Origin: a virus
Taxonomy: Duplodnaviria; Heunggongvirae; Uroviricota; Caudoviricetes
Direction: 5' to 3' (one strand)
DNA: 39,994 nucleotides
Virus record (IMG/VR): IMGVR_UViG_2703718828_000004
Span: 1-39,994 of that record
Part shown: in pieces, positions 26,299-36,636 of the stretch
Layout: each line of letters begins with the position of its first letter
Numbering within the stretch: position 1 is the first letter of the stretch
The notes under the pieces: model-generated
What the model was told of the DNA's origin: nothing
Seen by the model: the letters and a program-made list of their open reading frames with translations, nothing else
Database searches by the model: none
Made by a program: the position numbers and the translations under genes

Positions 26299-27778
26299 CA
26301 CCATTCCGTCGAATACGCTGGTTCCGCTGTTTTATGCGGAAATGGATAACTCGGTGGCGAATACTGCACAGGACAGCGGAGCATCGCTGCTGATTGGGCA
26401 TGCCAATAACGGTGCAGAGATTGTTGCCAACAGTCTGGTACTGATGCCGTCGGCAGACTATGCACGCCAGATTTGTGGTGCGGGAAGTCAGCTGGCGCGT
26501 ATGGTCGAGGCTTATCGCCAGACCGACCCGTTTGGTGAGCTGTATGTGATTGCCGTTCCTGAATCCACGGGCGCGGCGGCAACAGTTACGCTGACGGTGA
26601 CCGGGGCGGCAACCGAAACCGGCACGGTGAATGTTTATGTGGGACGTACCCGCGTGCAGGCACCGGTGACCAACGGCGATAACGTCACGACGATTGCCAG
26701 CAGTATCCGGGATGCCATCAATGCCGTTCCGGCCCTGCCGTTTACGGCCTCATCTTCGGCAGGCGTGGTCACGCTGACCGCGCGTCATAAGGGGCTTTGC
26801 GGGAATGAAATTCCTGTCAGCCTCAATTACTACGGCTTTGGTGGGGGCGAAGTGCTGCCAGCGGGCGTACAGATTGCCGTGGCGACGGGTACCGCCGGAA
26901 CGGGTGCTCCGGTTCTCACCGGCGCGGTGGCTGCAATGGCGGATGAGCCGTTTGATTATATTGGCCTGCCGTTCAACGACACGGCCTCCGTTAACACGCT
27001 GGTGACCGAGATGAACGATACCAGCGGTCGCTGGAGCTATGTGCGTCAGCTGTATGGTCATGTGTATACGGCAAAGATCGGCACGCTGTCAGAACTGGTG
27101 ACCGCAGGTGACCAGTTTAACCAGCAGCACATTACCCTGGCGGGGTACGAAAAAAACACCCAGACGCCTGCCGACGAGCTGGCGGCAAGCCGTACCGCCC
27201 GCGCAGCGGTGTTTATCCGCAACGATCCGGCACGTCCCACGCAGACCGGTGAGCTGGTGGGTATGCTGCCTGCGCCGAAGGGGAAACGGTTCACAATGAC
27301 CGAACAACAGACCCTGCTGTCTCATGGCGTGGCAACGGCGTATGTCGAAAGCGGGGTACTGCGCATTCAGCGTGATGTCACCACGTACAGGAAAAACGCT
27401 TACGGGGTTGCGGATAACAGCTACCTCGACAGCGAGACGCTGCATACCAGTGCGTATGTACTGCGCAAACTGAAATCCGTCATTACCAGTAAGTACGGGC
27501 GTCACAAGCTTGCCAGCGACGGTACCCGCTTTGGTCCCGGTCAGGCGATTGTCACCCCGGCGGTGATCAAAGGGGAACTGCTGGCAACCTACCGTCAGCT
27601 TGAGCGTGAGGGGATCGTGGAAAACTACGAACTGTTTAAGCAGTACCTGGTTGTGGAGCGTGATGCCAGCGATCCGAACCGCCTGAACACGCTGTTCCCG
27701 CCTGACTATGTTAACCAGTTGCGTGTCTTTGCCGTGGTTAACCAGTTCCGTCTTCAGTATTCAGAGGAGTCCGCATAA
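26282..27778 (+). CDS. Contractile tail sheath protein (Mu gpL-like, 498 aa)
   Basis: Size and position, followed by the tube gene. Confidence 0.8.
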   Translation: MTISFNTIPSNTLVPLFYAEMDNSVANTAQDSGASLLIGHANNGAEIVANSLVLMPSADYARQICGAGSQLARMVEAYRQTDPFGELYVIAVPESTGAAATVTLTVTGAATETGTVNVYVGRTRVQAPVTNGDNVTTIASSIRDAINAVPALPFTASSSAGVVTLTARHKGLCGNEIPVSLNYYGFGGGEVLPAGVQIAVATGTAGTGAPVLTGAVAAMADEPFDYIGLPFNDTASVNTLVTEMNDTSGRWSYVRQLYGHVYTAKIGTLSELVTAGDQFNQQHITLAGYEKNTQTPADELAASRTARAAVFIRNDPARPTQTGELVGMLPAPKGKRFTMTEQQTLLSHGVATAYVESGVLRIQRDVTTYRKNAYGVADNSYLDSETLHTSAYVLRKLKSVITSKYGRHKLASDGTRFGPGQAIVTPAVIKGELLATYRQLEREGIVENYELFKQYLVVERDASDPNRLNTLFPPDYVNQLRVFAVVNQFRLQYSEESA

Positions 27779-28134
27779 TGGCCCGTATCGGGGGAACCTG
27801 TTATTTCAAAATTGACGGTCAGCAGCTATCGCTGACCGGCGGCATTGAGGTGCCCATGAACAGGACGGTCAATGATGACATCATCGGCCTGGACGGTTCA
27901 GTGGACCGCAAGGAAACTCACCGTGCGCCCTATGTTAAAGGGACCTTCAAGGTGCCGAAGAATTTTCCGGTGAGCAAAATCACCTCGTCTGATGAGATGA
28001 CCATCACTGCCGAGCTGGCGAACAGTCAGGTCTATGTACTGTCGTCTGCCTGGCTGCACGGCGAAGCGAACCATAATGCCGAAGAAGGCACGGTTGATCT
28101 TGAGTTCCACGGTGAAGAAGGGGATTACCAGTAA
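27778..28134 (+). CDS. Tail tube protein (Mu gpM-like, 118 aa)
   Basis: Immediately after the sheath; start overlaps the sheath stop. Confidence 0.75.
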   Translation: MARIGGTCYFKIDGQQLSLTGGIEVPMNRTVNDDIIGLDGSVDRKETHRAPYVKGTFKVPKNFPVSKITSSDEMTITAELANSQVYVLSSAWLHGEANHNAEEGTVDLEFHGEEGDYQ

Positions 28135-28403
28135 TGAAAGAGCTTGAGTTAAAGAAACCGATTATCGCTCATGGTGAGACACTCTCCGTACTGGAGTTTG
28201 ATGAACCCACCGGGAAGGATGTCCGCGAGCTGGGGTATCCCTACCAGATGAATCAGGATGAGTCCGTCAGACTTCTGGCGCATGTGGTGTCGAAATACAT
28301 TGTGCGGCTGGCGAAAGTGCCGCAAAGCTCTGTCGACCAGATGTCTCCGGCAGATCTGAATGCAGCGGCGTGGCTTGTGGCTGGTTTTTTCCTCCAGGCC
28401 TGA
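28134..28403 (+). CDS. Tail assembly chaperone, short form
   Basis: 89-aa ORF immediately upstream of the tape measure gene. Confidence 0.65.
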   Translation: MKELELKKPIIAHGETLSVLEFDEPTGKDVRELGYPYQMNQDESVRLLAHVVSKYIVRLAKVPQSSVDQMSPADLNAAAWLVAGFFLQA

Positions 28404-28552
28404 CGGCTGAATACCTCACTGATCGCTTCTTTGACTGCGCCAGCTACTGGCGCATTAATCCCTTCGAATTGCTGAATATGCCGATCAGTGAAATTCCCTT
28501 GCTGGTCAGTCAGGCAAACAGGATAGAGCAGGAGAAACGCACACATGGCTGA
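28134..28552 (+). CDS. Tail assembly chaperone, long form via programmed -1 frameshift at T_TTT_TTC (28385-28391)
   Basis: Slippery heptamer in the 0 frame near the short-form stop; the -1 frame (FFPPGLTAEY...) stays open to 28552, overlapping the tape measure start. Confidence 0.55.
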
Positions 28553-30335
28553 GTTTGAGCTTAAGGCGTTGATCACCGGTGTCGACAGGCTTTCTCCCGC
28601 GCTGTCGAAAATGCAAAAGAAAATCCGGGGATTTAAACGCCAGGCGGAAGAAGCGTCACAGGGTGGGCTGGCGCTTGGTGGCGGACTGGCTGCGGGTCTG
28701 ACGCTTTCCCTGAAATCTTATGCCGATCAGGAAAACGCCGCCACCGGGCTGAAAGTCGCCATGATGGATGCGAACGGCGAGGTCGGAAAGAGCTTTCAGG
28801 ACATCAATAAACTGGCTATTGGCCTGGGTAACCAGCTACCCGGTACAACGGCTGATTTCCAGAACATGATGCAGATGCTGGTGCGTCAGGGGATCCCGGC
28901 AGAAAACATTCTTGGCGGTGTGGGTAAAGCGACAGCTTATCTTGCGGTACAACTGAAAAAAACACCGGAAGCGGCTGCCGAGTTTGCCGCAAAGATGCAG
29001 GATGCTACCGGAACGGCGTCAGAAGACATGATGGGGCTGTTCGACACTATCCAGAAGGCGTTTTATCTGGGCGTTGACGATACCAACATGTTGTCCTTCT
29101 TCACTAAAACCAGCTCTGTTCTGAAGATGGTGAACAAGGACGGTCTTCAGGCTGCACAGAGCCTTGCCCCCATCAGCGTCATGATGGATCAGATGGGGAT
29201 GAACGGGGAGTCGGCAGGTAACGCCCTGCGAAAAGTTATCCAGTCCGGATTAAGCGTTAAGAAAATCAGGGACGTCAATAAAATCATGGCCCGCCAGAAA
29301 CTCGGGGTACAGCTCGATTTTACTGACGGCAAAGGGAGTTTTGGCGGTCTTGATAACATGTTCAGGCAACTGGCAAAGCTGCGAAAACTGACCGACGTTA
29401 AGCGAACAGGCGTACTTAAGGCAATATTTGGTGATGATGCCGAAACCCTTCAGGTGGTCAATGCACTAATCGATAAAGGAAAGGATGGCTACGATCAGAT
29501 CCAGCAGAAGATGAATAAACAGGCCAGCCTGAATAAACGTGTTCAGGCTCAGCTTGGTACGCTGTCCAACCTGTGGGAGGCAATGACGGGGACCGCAACT
29601 AACGGTCTTGCAGCTATTGGCGGCGCATTTTCTGGTGACGCCAAAAATATCACGCAGTGGCTGGGGGAGTTGGGGGAGAAATTCACGAAGTTTGCGGATG
29701 AAAATCCCCGGGTTATTCGCGGCGTCGTCGGGCTTGCTGCCGGTCTTGCGATTCTGAAACTGGGATTGATGGGCGTTGGCGGTGCCATCAGTATTGTCAG
29801 CAGGATCATGTCGATGACGCCGATTGGCATGATTGCGACGGCGATAGCCCTGGCTGCGGGATTAATTATCACTAACTGGGATGTTGTCGGACCTTATTTT
29901 AAGAAACTCTGGGAAACCATTGGTCCTTATTTTGAGGCTGGCTGGGAACTCCTTAAGAAAGTTTTTGCCTGGTCGCCGCTGGGGATGGTGATCAATAACT
30001 GGGGGCCGGTTGTTAAGTGGTTTCAGGATATGTGGGACAAGCTGAAGCCAATTATTGAGTGGTTTACCGACAGTTCCGGTGACACGGTCGATGCCATTAA
30101 CTCTGCGCAGTGGGGAGCCGGTGGTTACGGCGCGTATGGTACAGGAGTGGCTAGTTCAGGATATAACCCTTATCAGATCAAACAGGGAACGGCGACTCAA
30201 CCGAAAGGATCCATCACCGTTGAGTTCAAAGGTGCCCCACAAGGAATGAGTGTTACTGATAGCCGTTCCACAGGTATAGATGTTAACCATGATGTAGGTT
30301 ACACAAGGATAGGGAGGACTGGAATGGGAGGGTAA
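28545..30335 (+). CDS. Tail tape measure protein (596 aa)
   Basis: Long Ala/Gly-rich protein with hydrophobic segments and a Trp-rich C-terminal region; follows the frameshifted chaperone. Confidence 0.85.
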   Translation: MAEFELKALITGVDRLSPALSKMQKKIRGFKRQAEEASQGGLALGGGLAAGLTLSLKSYADQENAATGLKVAMMDANGEVGKSFQDINKLAIGLGNQLPGTTADFQNMMQMLVRQGIPAENILGGVGKATAYLAVQLKKTPEAAAEFAAKMQDATGTASEDMMGLFDTIQKAFYLGVDDTNMLSFFTKTSSVLKMVNKDGLQAAQSLAPISVMMDQMGMNGESAGNALRKVIQSGLSVKKIRDVNKIMARQKLGVQLDFTDGKGSFGGLDNMFRQLAKLRKLTDVKRTGVLKAIFGDDAETLQVVNALIDKGKDGYDQIQQKMNKQASLNKRVQAQLGTLSNLWEAMTGTATNGLAAIGGAFSGDAKNITQWLGELGEKFTKFADENPRVIRGVVGLAAGLAILKLGLMGVGGAISIVSRIMSMTPIGMIATAIALAAGLIITNWDVVGPYFKKLWETIGPYFEAGWELLKKVFAWSPLGMVINNWGPVVKWFQDMWDKLKPIIEWFTDSSGDTVDAINSAQWGAGGYGAYGTGVASSGYNPYQIKQGTATQPKGSITVEFKGAPQGMSVTDSRSTGIDVNHDVGYTRIGRTGMGG

Positions 30336-30351
30336 ACCTCCCATTGTTTTT
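30326..30351 (+). terminator. Terminator after the tape measure gene
   Basis: Stem GGGAGG/CCTCCC followed by ATTGTTTTT; abuts the stop of the convergent reverse-strand gene. Confidence 0.55.
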
Positions 30352-30787
30352 AATTGATGAACCTTGCGAAATTTCCCTCTGAGTCATATTCCGCCTTGGC
30401 GACATTTTTAACCATTCCCCCTAATTGGTTTTTGCCACGGAACTGCATGATCATGACGTAATCATCTTTACGACGTATAACGTTAGTTTCGATACATTCA
30501 AAACTATCGGGATCATTCATTGATTCTTTCACGCGATCTTTCATATCAAGTGGACAACCATCCAAAGAGCGTGTGAGCTTTGCCATAACAAGCTCCTCTT
30601 TAGTTTTTTCTTTTTCTGGGGGAGTCATAACAAACGCTGCGATTATCAGTGGTGCGAAGAATCCAAAAACAGCACCGAGAAGAGCAGCCATTATTTTTCT
30701 GGGCTTGGTCTTTTCTTTTTTATAAGCCCACCGTCCTATGAAAACGGCTAGCAACAAACCCAGTATTAACGGCAAAAACATTTCCAT
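30350..30787 (-). CDS. Reverse-strand cargo gene: two-TM membrane protein with about 90-aa C-terminal domain (145 aa)
   Basis: TM1 FLPLILGLLLAVFIG, basic loop, TM2 IMAALLGAVFGFFAPLIIAAFVM, soluble domain with two Cys; RBS AAGGAGAGG; AT-rich; opposite strand to the whole tail operon. Confidence 0.7.
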   Translation of the reverse strand: MEMFLPLILGLLLAVFIGRWAYKKEKTKPRKIMAALLGAVFGFFAPLIIAAFVMTPPEKEKTKEELVMAKLTRSLDGCPLDMKDRVKESMNDPDSFECIETNVIRRKDDYVMIMQFRGKNQLGGMVKNVAKAEYDSEGNFARFIN

Positions 30788-30851
30788 TTATACCTCTCCT
30801 TAAAGGTAAATGTTCTCTGGCGCTTCGAAAGAAGCGTCTGAAACAGAGTAG

Positions 30852-30880
30852 CTTATAACAAATCATATTGGTGCAGACAA
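30852..30880 (-). promoter_or_regulatory. Predicted sigma70 promoter for the reverse-strand cargo gene (TTGTCT, 17 nt, extended -10 TGTTATAAG)
   Basis: Reverse complement of 30852-30880 gives -35 TTGTCT and -10 TATAAG with an upstream TG; palindrome CGCTTCGAAAGAAGCG (30822-30837) lies between promoter and RBS. Confidence 0.5.
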
Positions 30881-32208
30881 TGGCGTGGAAAGACAGACTG
30901 GTTGAAGCGTCGTTTCGCGGCGTTCCGTTCAAGGTAGAAGATGAAGGGGCCCCGGTAGGACGTCGGGTTGAAACGCATGAATACCCAAACCGCGACAAAC
31001 CCTATACCGAAGACCTGGGGAAAATCACTTTCCGCCCGTCCATCACAGCTTATGTGGTGGGAGATGACTGCTTTGACCAGCGCGATCGCCTGATTGACGC
31101 GCTGAATAAACCCGGTCCAGGCACGCTTGTCCATCCGACTTACGGTGAGTTGAAAGTCTGTGTTGACGGAGAGGTTCGGGTCAGCACATCGAAAAGTGAA
31201 GGGCGTATTGTCCGCTTTGACCTGAAGTTTGTCGAAGCAGGAGAACTTTCTTACCCCACATCAGGTGCGGCGACGGCGCAGACGCTGATGTCATCCTGTT
31301 CTGCACTGGATGACTGCATCAGTGACAGCTTCAGCAGTTTCAGTATCGATGGCGTGGCGGATTTTGTGCAGAACGACGTCGTTGGTAATGCCAGCACAAT
31401 GCTTGGGTATGTTTCTGATGCGATGAAAGTGGTGGATTCTGCCGTATCGGATGCTGCCAGGCTGTTGCAGGGGGATATCTCGGTACTTCTGCCGCCACCA
31501 TCGTCAGGCAAAAATTTCGTTGAGCAGGTGCAGAAAATGTGGCGTACCGGGAAACGCCTTTACGGTAACGCCAGCGACCTGGTCACCATGATCAAAACGC
31601 TTTCTGGTGTCAGCCTTGGCAGCGATCTGCAACCGCGCGGCGTCTGGAAAACGGACAGTAAAACCACCGCCACGGCGACGCAGCAGCGTAACGTGGTTGC
31701 CAGCACCCTTCGTACGACTGCAATCAGCGAAGCGGCGTATGCCGTTACCCGATTGCCTGCGCCAACAACTTCCGCGGTGATGCAGAATGCCGCAGTGGGG
31801 CAGGCAACAACACCCGCGCAGAGCACTGGCTGGCCTTCCGTCACGCATCCGGCACTGAACAATGCACCGGCGGTGAAAAGCACGGTTGACCTGCCAACGT
31901 GGGAAGAACTGACTGACATTCGCGACACACTGAATACGGCAATTGATAAGGAGTTGTCCCGTACAACCAGTGATGCGCTGTTTCTGGCACTGCGCCGGGT
32001 GAAAGCAGATCTGAATGCGGATATCAACACGCGCCTTGAACAGTCTGCACGGATCATTCAGCGCACACCGGATGAGGTTTTACCCGCGCTGGTGCTGGCG
32101 GCGACCTGGTTTGATAACGCGGCGCGTGACGCGGACATTATCCGGCGTAATGCCATTACGCATCCCGGCTTTGTGCCGGTGATCCCTCTGAAGGTGCCAG
32201 TGCAATGA
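30880..32208 (+). CDS. DNA circulation protein (Mu gp43-like)
   Basis: Position after the tape measure gene and size about 443 aa. Confidence 0.65.
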   Translation: MAWKDRLVEASFRGVPFKVEDEGAPVGRRVETHEYPNRDKPYTEDLGKITFRPSITAYVVGDDCFDQRDRLIDALNKPGPGTLVHPTYGELKVCVDGEVRVSTSKSEGRIVRFDLKFVEAGELSYPTSGAATAQTLMSSCSALDDCISDSFSSFSIDGVADFVQNDVVGNASTMLGYVSDAMKVVDSAVSDAARLLQGDISVLLPPPSSGKNFVEQVQKMWRTGKRLYGNASDLVTMIKTLSGVSLGSDLQPRGVWKTDSKTTATATQQRNVVASTLRTTAISEAAYAVTRLPAPTTSAVMQNAAVGQATTPAQSTGWPSVTHPALNNAPAVKSTVDLPTWEELTDIRDTLNTAIDKELSRTTSDALFLALRRVKADLNADINTRLEQSARIIQRTPDEVLPALVLAATWFDNAARDADIIRRNAITHPGFVPVIPLKVPVQ

Positions 32209-33284
32209 ACGACAATGTCACGCTACGGGTAAATGGCCGGGAGTGGAATGGCTGGACATCGGTGCGCATCGGTGCCGGTATTGAACGGCTGGCGCGGGAT
32301 TTCAGTGTGGAGATCACCCGCCAGTGGCCGGGAGATGAGGGTATTACCACGCTTCAGCCGCGCATTAAAAACGGTTCAAAAGTGGAGGTGCTGATTGGTG
32401 ATGAGCTGGTGATCACCGGCTGGGTGGAGGCGACGCCCGTTCGTTACGATGCCCGTTCGGTCAGCACCGGTATTGCCGGACGTAGTCTGACGGCTGACCT
32501 GATTGACTGTGCAGCCGAACCGACACAGTTTAACGGACGCTCGCTGGTGCAGATTGCGCAGGCGCTTGCTGCGCCTTTCGGCATTGAGGTGGTGAACAGC
32601 GGTGCGCCGTCGGGTGTTATTCCTGATGTTCAGCCTGATCACGGTGAAACGGTGATTGAGGTGATCAACAAAATACTCGGTCAGCAGCAGGCACTGGCTT
32701 ACGACGACCCGCACGGCAGGCTGGTGATTGGCGGTATTGGCTCAACGCGGGCACATACTGCGCTGGTACTCGGGGAAAACATCCTTTCCTGTGATACGGA
32801 GAAGAGTATCCGGGAACGGTTTTCAGTTTACCAGGTGGCGGGGCAGCGTGCCGGAAACGACGATGATTTCGGTGAGGCCACCACCACCGCGCTGCGGGCC
32901 CGCACAGAGGACGCATTTATTGCCCGTTACCGTCCGATGTATATCAGGCAGACAGGGCAGGCTACGGGGGCAGGCTGTATTGCCCGTGCGGACTTTGAAG
33001 CCCGACAACGGGCGGCGCGGACGGATGAAACCACCTATGTGGTGCAGGGCTGGCGACAGGGTAACGGTACGCTGTGGCAGCCCAACCAGCGGGTGATTGT
33101 CTTTGATCCGGTCTGTGGTTTCGACAATACCGAACTGCTTGTTTCGGAAGTCACGTTTACTCAGGACCAGAACGGCACCCTGACGGAAATCCGTGTCGGC
33201 CCACCTGATGCTTATCTGCCTGAACCCGAAGCCCCCGGCGCGCGGAAAAAGAAAAAAGCCAGAGTACAGGAGGACCCGTTCTGA
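32205..33284 (+). CDS. Baseplate hub protein (Mu gpP / gp44-like)
   Basis: Position and size (359 aa) in the Mu-like baseplate series. Confidence 0.65.
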   Translation: MNDNVTLRVNGREWNGWTSVRIGAGIERLARDFSVEITRQWPGDEGITTLQPRIKNGSKVEVLIGDELVITGWVEATPVRYDARSVSTGIAGRSLTADLIDCAAEPTQFNGRSLVQIAQALAAPFGIEVVNSGAPSGVIPDVQPDHGETVIEVINKILGQQQALAYDDPHGRLVIGGIGSTRAHTALVLGENILSCDTEKSIRERFSVYQVAGQRAGNDDDFGEATTTALRARTEDAFIARYRPMYIRQTGQATGAGCIARADFEARQRAARTDETTYVVQGWRQGNGTLWQPNQRVIVFDPVCGFDNTELLVSEVTFTQDQNGTLTEIRVGPPDAYLPEPEAPGARKKKKARVQEDPF

Positions 33285-33832
33285 TGAAGGCGATTGAAAC
33301 CATACAGCGACAACTCCTCGGCCTGATTGGGCGGGCAGTGGTGAAAAGCATCAGTGCCGCCACGAAATGTCAGACCGTGGATGTGTCCCTGATTGCCGGT
33401 GAACCCAAAGCCGGGGTTGAACATCTTGAACCCTACGGTTTTACCGCAAGGGCAAACAGCGGTGCGGAAGCGGTGGTGTTGTTTCCGGATGGCGACCGTT
33501 CTCATGCGGTGGTTGTTACGGTGTCGGACCGGCGCTACCGCCTGAAAGGGCTGCAGACGGGTGAGGTGGCTGTCTATGACGATCAGGGGCAGTCCGTGAC
33601 GCTGGCCAGGGAGGGGATCGTGGTGGACGGTGCAGGTAAAACGATCACGTTTCGCAATGCGCCTAAGGCACGTTTTGAAATGGACCTGGAAGTGACCGGA
33701 CAGGTGAAAGACCTGTGCGACTCCACCGGCACCACCATGTCAGCGATGCGGCTTGCCTATAACGGGCATCGTCACAGAGAGAACGGTCAGGGCAGTAACA
33801 CCGACAAACCTGATAAAGCGATGGAGGCATGA
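33284..33832 (+). CDS. Baseplate spike / assembly protein V (Mu gp45-like)
   Basis: Position and size (182 aa); beta-rich N-terminal region. Confidence 0.6.
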   Translation: MKAIETIQRQLLGLIGRAVVKSISAATKCQTVDVSLIAGEPKAGVEHLEPYGFTARANSGAEAVVLFPDGDRSHAVVVTVSDRRYRLKGLQTGEVAVYDDQGQSVTLAREGIVVDGAGKTITFRNAPKARFEMDLEVTGQVKDLCDSTGTTMSAMRLAYNGHRHRENGQGSNTDKPDKAMEA

Positions 33833-34257
33833 TGGAACTGTGGCTGACGGTGAACGGTAAACGCACCTGCGCCAGCGCACAACTGGATCCGCTGACCCGC
33901 GCCGTGGTGATTTCCCTGTTTACCTGGCGGCGGGCGGAGCCTGATGACAACGCCGACGTCCCGATGGGATGGTGGGGGGATACCTGGCCTGCGGTACAGA
34001 ATGACCGTTACGGCTCCCGACTGTGGCTGCTTCAGCGCAGCAAACTGACCAATCAGCTGGTGCAGACGGTAAGGGGGTATATCCGCGAATGCCTGCAATG
34101 GATGATTGATGACGGCGTGGTGTCCCGTATTGATCTGGATATCCGCCGCACCGGGATTAATGAACTGGGTAACAGTATCACTCTCTGGCGTCGTGACGGA
34201 CCGGTAATGATTTCTTTTGATGATCTGTGGAGTGCGATAACGCATGGCGGACAGTGA
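33829..34257 (+). CDS. Baseplate protein (Mu gp46-like)
   Basis: Position and size (142 aa). Confidence 0.55.
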   Translation: MMELWLTVNGKRTCASAQLDPLTRAVVISLFTWRRAEPDDNADVPMGWWGDTWPAVQNDRYGSRLWLLQRSKLTNQLVQTVRGYIRECLQWMIDDGVVSRIDLDIRRTGINELGNSITLWRRDGPVMISFDDLWSAITHGGQ

Positions 34258-35302
34258 ATTTCAGCGCCCGACGCTGGCAGAAAATATCAGTATGCTCCGT
34301 AACGATTTATTCGCCAGGCTGGACGTCAGCGACACGCTCCGGCGCATGGATGAAGACGTGCGGGCAAAGGTGTATGCGGCGGCGCTGCATACGGTTTACG
34401 GTTACATCGATTATCTGGCAATGAACATGCTGCCTGACCTGTGCGATGAGTCCTGGCTGGCGCGACATGCTGCGATGAAACGGTGTCCGCGCAAGGGGGC
34501 CACGGCTGCCAGCGGGTATATGCGCTGGGAAGGTGTCAGCGATGGCCTGAAGGTGACCGCCGGGAGTGTTATTCAGCGCGATGACCTGGTTCAGTACACG
34601 GCAACTGCCGATGCAACCAGCTCCGGTGGTGTCCTGCGCGTGCCGATCGCCTGCTCAAGTGCAGGTGCGGTCGGTAACGCTGACGACGGTACGGCATTAA
34701 TCCTGGTCACGCCGGTGAATGGTCTGCCGTCTTCCGGTGTGGCTGACACCCTTACAGGCGGATTTGATACTGAAGAGCTGGAAACGTGGCGCGCCCGCGT
34801 CATTGAGCGGTATTACTGGACGCCGCAGGGCGGGGCTGACGGGGACTATGTCGTCTGGGCTAAAGAAGTGCCCGGCATTACCCGCGCATGGACATACCGT
34901 CACTGGATGGGAACGGGAACTGTCGGTGTGATGATTGCCAGCAGTGACCTGATTAATCCCATTCCGGAAGAATCAACGGAAACGGCGGCAAGACAACATA
35001 TCGGGCCACTGGCCCCGGTGGCAGGCTCTGATTTGTATGTATTCAGGCCGGTGGCGCATAAAGTGGATTTTCATATCCGCGTGACGCCGGACACACCGGA
35101 AATACGGGCTGCCATCACCGCAGAGTTGCGTTCGTTCCTGCTGCGTGATGGTTATCCTCAGGGAGAACTGAAGGTATCGCGTATCAGTGAGGCGATTTCC
35201 GGTGCGAACGGGGAATACAGCCATCAGTTGCTTGCCCCGGCGGACAATATCTCCATTGCAAAAAATGAACTGGCGGTTCTGGGGACGATTTCATGGACGT
35301 GA
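34244..35302 (+). CDS. Baseplate J-like protein (Mu gp47-like)
   Basis: Position and size (352 aa). Confidence 0.65.
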   Translation: MADSEFQRPTLAENISMLRNDLFARLDVSDTLRRMDEDVRAKVYAAALHTVYGYIDYLAMNMLPDLCDESWLARHAAMKRCPRKGATAASGYMRWEGVSDGLKVTAGSVIQRDDLVQYTATADATSSGGVLRVPIACSSAGAVGNADDGTALILVTPVNGLPSSGVADTLTGGFDTEELETWRARVIERYYWTPQGGADGDYVVWAKEVPGITRAWTYRHWMGTGTVGVMIASSDLINPIPEESTETAARQHIGPLAPVAGSDLYVFRPVAHKVDFHIRVTPDTPEIRAAITAELRSFLLRDGYPQGELKVSRISEAISGANGEYSHQLLAPADNISIAKNELAVLGTISWT

Positions 35303-35877
35303 CAAACGATGATTACATCCGCCTGTTATCGGCACTGTTGCCGCCCGGTCCTGCATGGTCAGCCAGCGATCCGGCGATTGCCGGTGCGGCACCTTCATTA
35401 ACCCGCGTTCATCAGCGTGCGGATGCCCTGATGCGGGAGCTGGATCCGCGCACCACCACTGAACTGATAAACCGCTGGGAGCGTCTGTGCGGTCTGCCGG
35501 ATGAATGTATTCCCGCAGGGACACAGACCCTTCGCCAGCGTCAGCAACGGCTGGATGCGAAGGTTAATCTGGCGGGCGGCATCAATGAGGATTTTTACCT
35601 TGCACAGCTTGCTGCCCTGGGCAGACCAGACGCCACTATCACGCGATACGATAAAAGCACGTTCACCTGCTCATCGGCCTGTACTGACGCAGTGAATGCG
35701 CCGGAATGGCGGTATTACTGGCAGGTCAACATGCCAGCCGCCACCAACACCACCTGGATGACATGTGGCGATCCCTGTGATTCAGCACTGCGTATCTGGG
35801 GTGACACCGTTGTCGAGTGTGTGCTTAACAAACTCTGCCCGTCGCATACCTACGTAATTTTTAAATATCCGGAGTAA
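35293..35877 (+). CDS. Tail protein, Mu gp48 / YmfQ-like (DUF2313)
   Basis: Position immediately upstream of the tail fibre; 194 aa, Cys-rich C-terminal part. Confidence 0.55.
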   Translation: MDVTNDDYIRLLSALLPPGPAWSASDPAIAGAAPSLTRVHQRADALMRELDPRTTTELINRWERLCGLPDECIPAGTQTLRQRQQRLDAKVNLAGGINEDFYLAQLAALGRPDATITRYDKSTFTCSSACTDAVNAPEWRYYWQVNMPAATNTTWMTCGDPCDSALRIWGDTVVECVLNKLCPSHTYVIFKYPE

Positions 35878-35880
35878 TCC

Positions 35881-36636
35881 ATGCATCGTATAGACACGAA
35901 AACCGCGCAGAAGGATAAGTTCGGCGCGGGTAAGAACGGTTTTACCCGTGGTAACCCCCAGACTGGCACGCCTGCCACCGATCTGGATGATGACTACTTT
36001 GACATGTTGCAGGAAGAACTTTGTAGCGTTGTTGAGGCATCCGGTGCCAGTCTGGAGAAGGCGCGGCACGACCAGCTGCTTACCGCGCTTCGTGCGCTGC
36101 TGTTAAGCCGCAAGAATCCGTTTGGCGATATCAAATCTGATGGTACTGTGCAAACGGCTCTCGAAAACCTTGGTTTGGGAGAAGGCTCAGCGTTACCCGT
36201 TGGTGTACCTGTTCCGTGGCCTTCAGCCACTCCGCCAACAGGCTGGCTGAAATGCAATGGTGCGCCTTTTTCTGCCGAAGAGTATCCGGAACTGGCAAAA
36301 GTTTATCCGACAAATGAATTGCCAGATTTACGTGGTGAGTTTATTCGTGGCTGGGATGATGGGCGTGGAGTGGACAGTGGGCGAGCGTTATTGAGTGCTC
36401 AGAGCGATACGCTGCAAAATATTACAGGTAGCTTTTGGGATATGACCACGGGGCCAAATAATAATACTGTCGGCGCATTTACCTCTTCAATAGTGACACC
36501 AAATCTCGCATCAATTGCGACAGGTGGTAAATTTAAACAGGCGAATTTTTATTTTGATGCATCACGTGTTGCCAGAACATCAACGGAAACACGTGCGCGA
36601 AATATTGCATTTAACTTTATCGTGAGGGCTGCATAA
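35881..36636 (+). CDS. Tail fibre protein (251 aa, collar-like C-terminal region)
   Basis: Conserved fibre N terminus [26 protein letters not shown] and collar-like motif [34 protein letters not shown]. Confidence 0.7.
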   Translation: MHRIDTKTAQKDKFGAGKNGFTRGNPQTGTPATDLDDDYFDMLQEELCSVVEASGASLEKARHDQLLTALRALLLSRKNPFGDIKSDGTVQTALENLGLGEGSALPVGVPVPWPSATPPTGWLKCNGAPFSAEEYPELAKVYPTNELPDLRGEFIRGWDDGRGVDSGRALLSAQSDTLQNITGSFWDMTTGPNNNTVGAFTSSIVTPNLASIATGGKFKQANFYFDASRVARTSTETRARNIAFNFIVRAA

